NCBI GenBank assembly: GCA_963693365.1 | Contig: CAVNZM010000002.1 | Location: forward strand, 7,968,559-8,032,558 | Direction of reading: 5' to 3' | Source: Amoebidium appalachense | Taxonomy: Eukaryota; Protista; Ichthyosporea | DNA: 64,000 nucleotides | Part shown: positions 58,881 to 64,000 of the stretch, piece by piece | How the letters are laid out: every line of letters begins with the position of its first letter | Numbering within the stretch: the first letter of the stretch is position 1 | The notes under the pieces: generated by a model | What the model was told of the DNA's origin: nothing | Seen by the model: only the letters and a program-made list of their open reading frames with translations | The model's database searches: none | Position numbers and translations under genes: made by a program

Positions 58881-60026
58881 AGAATCAGAAAAGTAGAAAA
58901 TGACAGCGCTGTGAACTGATATAAAAAAACCGCCATCAATAATTTATGTGAAGCCATTGCGCAAAATACGATCTTATGTTACGAGAATCAAGCATAAGAA
59001 AAACAGAACCTTTTGGCGCTGTTAGCGAATATATCTCTAATCGTGTTTGGTTCACAGGTAAACTGTATAAAAAAGGTGAATATACGAAATAAAAATATAA
59101 TATACAGGACAAAACGAGCGCTAGTTTAAAACATCGAAGGATATACGCTTTCACAACATCTTATTCGCGGACCTTTTTACGTGCAAGCGTTTTGATTGGT
59201 GCATAGGGGTTGGTTCTTGCCCCACGTGATTCGCGGCGCTGATGCTCAGGGTATTCTGATTGACCGAAATCGAAGCATCGGATTCAAATTGGGCAAATAC
59301 AAAACGCTTTCCAACCAAAATCCCAAGCGCATGGTTGTTTATTTATAGAACCTTATATGTCATAAAACATACAACCCTCTTTTAGGATTTCCCTTATTCC
59401 TTGCTCAGTCAAAACGCTCCAGGGTCGGTGCTGCTATCAGTCACTAAGTAATTTCATTGGCCAGTCATCACGTAAATGCGCCAGCCAACAAAACCAATCG
59501 GTGATTGGTGAATAATGGTTGGGTCAACGTGATCGGGCACTGGTACTCTAGGCAAGCGCTTATCGGCATTGGTACAATCTAGTTGGTCAATACACCGTGA
59601 CTCAAGGCTGCAACGCTTTTCGAAGACCAGATTCACAGGACCCTTTCCAAACAAAATTCCAAGCAAATGTCTGTGTCCGCGTAAAGTATAAATAAACATA
59701 AATAAATTATGCTTTTTTAATATTTATTGCCTATTAGAATAAATCACAATTGTTACTCGCAAAAGGGTCTTGGTTGGGCAGGCTGGCCTTGCTACCCAAA
59801 CTATTATTAGCCGATCTCACTGATTAGCTTATTATCACGTACGCGCCAATCAGCGATTCCATTGGCCAAACTGAACAAAACATTAATTGGCCAGTCATCA
59901 AAAACGTGATTTTCTTGCTTGCTTCAAGCTTTGCGAAATGAGAATATATGTTCAACACTCTCTTTGCGCTCTATATACAACGGAGAAATTACAAGAGTCC
60001 ATCTTGATTCCCGAACGAACAAATAT

Positions 60027-60221
60027 AACCAAGCGCACCACACCAGTTCGTGTTACTTTCGCCCGGCGCTGCTGTTGTACATGTTTCAAACATAACCAAG
60101 CGCGCCACACCAATTCGTGTCACTTTCGCCCAGCGCTGCTGTTGTGCATGTTTCAAACGTAATCAGGCGCACCACATCAGTTCGTGTCACTTTCGCCCAG
60201 CGCTGCTGTTGTACATGTTTC
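60027..60221. repeat. ~67-bp tandem repeat, 3 copies
   Basis: AACCAAGCGC.CCACACCA.TTCGTGT.ACTTTCGCCC.GCGCTGCTGTTGT.CATGTTTC occurs three times. Confidence 0.88.
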
Positions 60222-60506
60222 CATTGTAATTACAAATAGGCTAGACGAAAACAACAAAGAAACTTGTTATAATAACCTGTGCACACCGCGCTATCAGTTG
60301 TCCCCTTTTTTAGCCAATACAGATACATAGAATGTCCTTCATGTTTCCCTGTGCGAGGCACATTTTAGGCTTATGCACACAATCGTAGATTGTTTGGGAT
60401 ACGAAAACAGAGCACACACACAAACGAGTTCTGCTAAACACAAACATTGTTAGACTGGACACAAAAAACATAGCGCGCGCATGCACGAGCTTTCCTAGGA
60501 ACGATT

Positions 60507-60700
<194 letters not shown>

Positions 60701-60815
60701 AAGCACGAGCGCTACAACACGGTGGCACAAGCACACAGACAGAGCGCTCTCACAGACAGTCTTACAGGCAGAGGGTGCTCACAATTACACACATCACAAA
60801 AACACACACAGCAAC

Positions 60816-61440
60816 ATGGCTGTTAACGGCGATATTCTGGCGCTCATCACTCGTGCATTCCCGAGCAGCATACCACTCGACCCACCCACATTTAGGCTTT
60901 CGAACGACGTTGATCCGTCAGTTATATTTACCGGTAAAAGGCTACTCACACGTCAGAGTATTTATCGTCATCCTCAAAAAAAAAAACTCGCACCGATCAT
61001 ATATTTGGTGATGCCAACGGGTTCAGAACATGTTTATGTTTTTTTGATTGAACTGGACGACGGACGTCCTAGTTGCAGGAAGAACTACAACCTACACGAA
61101 TTCGAAAACGACATGGGCATCCCGGAAGTTGTAGCCTGGATTCTCAGATTTGGTGGTCCTCGATGGAAGATTTATGATCTTCACAGCTATCATCCGTTTT
61201 CGAGTGAGGGTTGGGCGGTGAAGCTCGGTCGCATTTCTCTGTATCCTGGCAGTAAGGACTACAGTCGCATACCTGCCGTGGTGGGTACTTTGCCGGGGGA
61301 GTTCCAGATTTGTCGCATCTTCAAAAAGCACGGATGGAAAGTGTGGTGGGATGGGGCTGCACGTAGCCCCCCAGGCAGCCCCGCTTTCAAGCTACCTGCA
61401 CCGACGAGTGACCGACCGAGAAAGCGGGCAAGAGTGGAGG
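60816..61440 (+). CDS. Hypothetical protein, ~208-aa globular-looking segment running into a G-rich tract
   Basis: ATG in good context (GCAACATGG), complex amino-acid composition, ending in NLS-like RPRKRAR. The 3' boundary is unresolved. Confidence 0.55.
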
Positions 61441-61769
61441 GGGGAGAGGGAGGGGGTGGGGAGGGGGGGGAGAGGGGGAGGGAGAGGAGGGGAGGGAGAG
61501 GGAGAGGGTGGGGGTGGGGAGGGGGGAGAGGGGGAGGGGGAGAGAGAGGGAGAGGGTGGGCGTGGGGAGGGGGGAGAGGGGGAGGGGGAGGGAGAGGGAG
61601 AGGGTGGGGGTAGGGGGGGGGGGGGGGGGGGGGAGGGGGGAGAGGGGGAGGGGGAGGGAGAGGGAGAGGGTGGGGATGGGGGGAGGAGAGGGAGGGGCAG
61701 AGGGGGCAGAGGGCTACCGCCACACCCGCAACACATCTCCTTGGGATTTCAGGCCGGGTAACCCCCCCC

Positions 61770-62318
61770 CCCAACACACAAGCCATTACACGTCTGCACG
61801 CATGCATGCACCTGGGCTATCCCCCCTCTCCCCGCACACACACGGAAGGGATCACACGTCTGCACGCACGCATGCACCTGGGCTATCCCCCCCGCTCCCC
61901 CCCCCCCCCCCCCCCCCCAACACACAAGCCATTGCACGTCTGCACGCATGCATGCACCTGGGCTATCCCCCCTCTCCCCGCACACACACGGAAGGGATCA
62001 CACGTCTGCACGCACGCATGCACCTGGGCTATCCCCCCGCTCCCCCCCCCCCCCCCCCCCCCCAACACACAAGCCATTGCACGTCTGCACGCATGCATGC
62101 ACCTGGGCTATCCCCCCTCTCCCCGCACACACACGGAAGGGATCACACGTCTGCACGCATGCATGCACCTGGGCTATCCCCCCTCTCCCCGCACACACAC
62201 GGAAGGGATCACACGTCTGCACGCACGCATGCACCTGGGCTATCCCCCCTCTCCCCGCACACACACGGAAGGGATCACACGTCTGCACGCACGCATGCAC
62301 CTGGGCTATCCCCCCCGC

Positions 62319-62357
<39 letters not shown>

Positions 62358-62402
62358 CACACAAGCCATTGCACGTCTGCACGCATGCATGCACCTGGGC
62401 AC
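61770..62402. repeat. ~61-bp minisatellite with C-run variants
   Basis: About 9 copies of CACGTCTGCACGCA.GCATGCACCTGGGC. Confidence 0.92.
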
Positions 62403-62617
62403 CTCGACTAGTCCCCGCCACACACACCCAACCACCACCACCACCACACACATACACAGAGAGAGAGAGAGAGCACACACCTGCACACGTGCATCCACCT
62501 TGGCTAATCCTACCCCCCACCCCGACACACACGCACACGCACACCCGGCACAAACATGCACACACACCCGGCACACACGTGCACACACGCATGGCACACA
62601 CACACACACACACACAG

Positions 62618-63136
62618 AGCAAGAAGCGGAGGAGGCGGATAGGGGGCAACAGCAGGGGGCGGAGACAGGGGAGTCGGTGGGGTTCACCGAGGTACCCGTG
62701 AAACATCTCAGCCAACTGCAGTTAGAAAAGCTCTCATTTGAGACGATAGTTAGGGTAATGGAAAAACGACACGAGGTTCGGGCAGCTGGTGCCGTCAAGT
62801 TCATGCTTCCCGAACCGGTAGTGCAGGGGCTGGAAGAGGCTGCTTGGGCCACACCAGTGAGAAAATCCTACACCAAGATCTGTCTGGAGGCTACCGCCAT
62901 CAAGGATGTCTTCCTCGTTTATAGGGACGACATCAAAGAGCAAATTCCAGAGGTGCGTATTTGCAACCATTAGGGTATGGTTACCGTGAACAGGAGCTAA
63001 CACGATTGAGCAGGGGGACCCGTTGGATGAGGAGGAGTTCTGGGGGCAATTGGACTGCTTACCGGAAACTTACAGTAAAATGTTCTTTTACGGAACGGAT
63101 CTGACACCTCTTAAAAACACCCATACACCCAGTGAG
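62618..63136 (+). CDS. Internal exons of a hypothetical gene (~62618-62952 and 63014-63136), possibly the same gene as 60816
   Basis: (CA)n-CAG acceptor; a 61-nt intron 62953-63013 (GTGCGT...GCTAAC...GCAG) joins KEQIPE to GDPLDEEEFW in frame; donor GTACGT at 63137. Confidence 0.6.
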
Positions 63137-63178
63137 GTACGTGTATGTCATGTGTGTGTATGTGCGTGTGTTTGTGCA

Positions 63179-63680
63179 GAGGGTGCATGTTGTGTAGGCA
63201 TGGGTGTATTCGTGTGTGTGCAGCTGAGGGTGCATGTTGTGTAGGCATGGGTGTATTCGTGTGTGTGCAGCTGAGGGTGCATGTTGTGTAGGCATGGGTG
63301 TATTCGTGTGTGTGCAGCTGATGGTGCATGTTGTGTAGGCATGGGTGTATTCGTGTGTGTGCAGCAGAGGGTGCATGTTGTGTAGGCATGGGTGTATTCG
63401 TGTGTGTGCAGCTGAGGGTGCATGTTGTGTAGGCATGGGTGTATTCGTGTGTGTGCAGCTGATGGTGCATGTTGTGTAGGCATGGGTGTATTCGTGTGTG
63501 TGCAGCAGAGGGTGCATGTTGTGTAGGCATGGGTGTATTCGTGTGTGTGCAGCTGAGGGTGCATGTTGTGTAGGCATGGGTGTATTCGTGTGTGTGCAGC
63601 TGATGGTGCATGTTGTGTAGGCATGGGTGTATTAATGTGTGTGCAGCAGAGGGTGCATGTTGTGTAGGCATGGGTGTATT
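63179..63680. repeat. 47-bp tandem repeat, ~10.7 copies, with 141-bp higher-order structure
   Basis: Unit GAGGGTGCATGTTGTGTAGGCATGGGTGTATTCGTGTGTGTGCAGCT. Junction variants cycle CTGAGG/CTGATG/CAGAGG. Confidence 0.95.
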
Positions 63681-64000
63681 TGTCATCTTCACTTAATTCT
63701 CAGCAAGACTTAGAAGTTGAGTTTGGTATTTATTTATTAGTTGTTGTAGTTTGTTTCCTTTTCCTTTCTTCATTTCTTTCTTTCTTTTCCGTTTCCGTGT
63801 ACACGACATCTTAGATCTGTGTACGTATCGACATACTTAGCTCGCGCACACGTATTGTCGTTTGCGTCAAAATCTATATATGTCATCCAATCATATCTCG
63901 TTTGTATTTTCCCAAATATAGTAACTTACATTCCTTTCTCATTCCTTTCCCACGACGTAGCATTGTGCTATGTTCTTCAACTATTAGGAATAATTATATT

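Noticed and set aside
58544-58957. Phe-rich multi-TM N-terminus of the 459-aa ORF
   Set aside because: It derives from T-runs in a degenerate repeat and starts at a TTG; the ATG at 58543 is the more plausible start.

Overview
Eukaryotic genomic DNA with GT-AG spliceosomal introns and dense poly-G/poly-C, (CA)n/(TG)n and (CT)n tracts; most entries in the ORF track are artefacts of these tracts. Animal-like genes (GLT8D, SMCO4) hint at a unicellular holozoan, but that is inference. Manual splicing recovers four host genes in the left half: the last exon of a PhzF/PBLD-family gene; a five-exon gene in which a HIT domain, a bacterial-type TsaE ATPase and a TsaD/Qri7-type threonylcarbamoyltransferase lie in tandem (apparent HIT-TsaE-TsaD t6A fusion, with two +1 frame breaks in exon 1); a 58-aa SMCO4-like microprotein; and a ten-exon GT8 glycosyltransferase. 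The middle holds a disrupted transposase-like remnant, two divergent full-length APE-RT non-LTR retrotransposons and two truncated copies. The two families share a 5'UTR motif, a -1 frame break just after the ORF2 WNAR motif, and a 3' terminus of GTAAACCCCC instead of a terminal poly(A). The right half has two convergent intronless paralogs encoding secreted Trp/Cys-repeat proteins, several minisatellites and orphan ORFs. The top candidates for new biology are the HIT-TsaE-TsaD locus and the C-tailed LINE group. All family assignments come from motif recognition by eye; no database searches were run.
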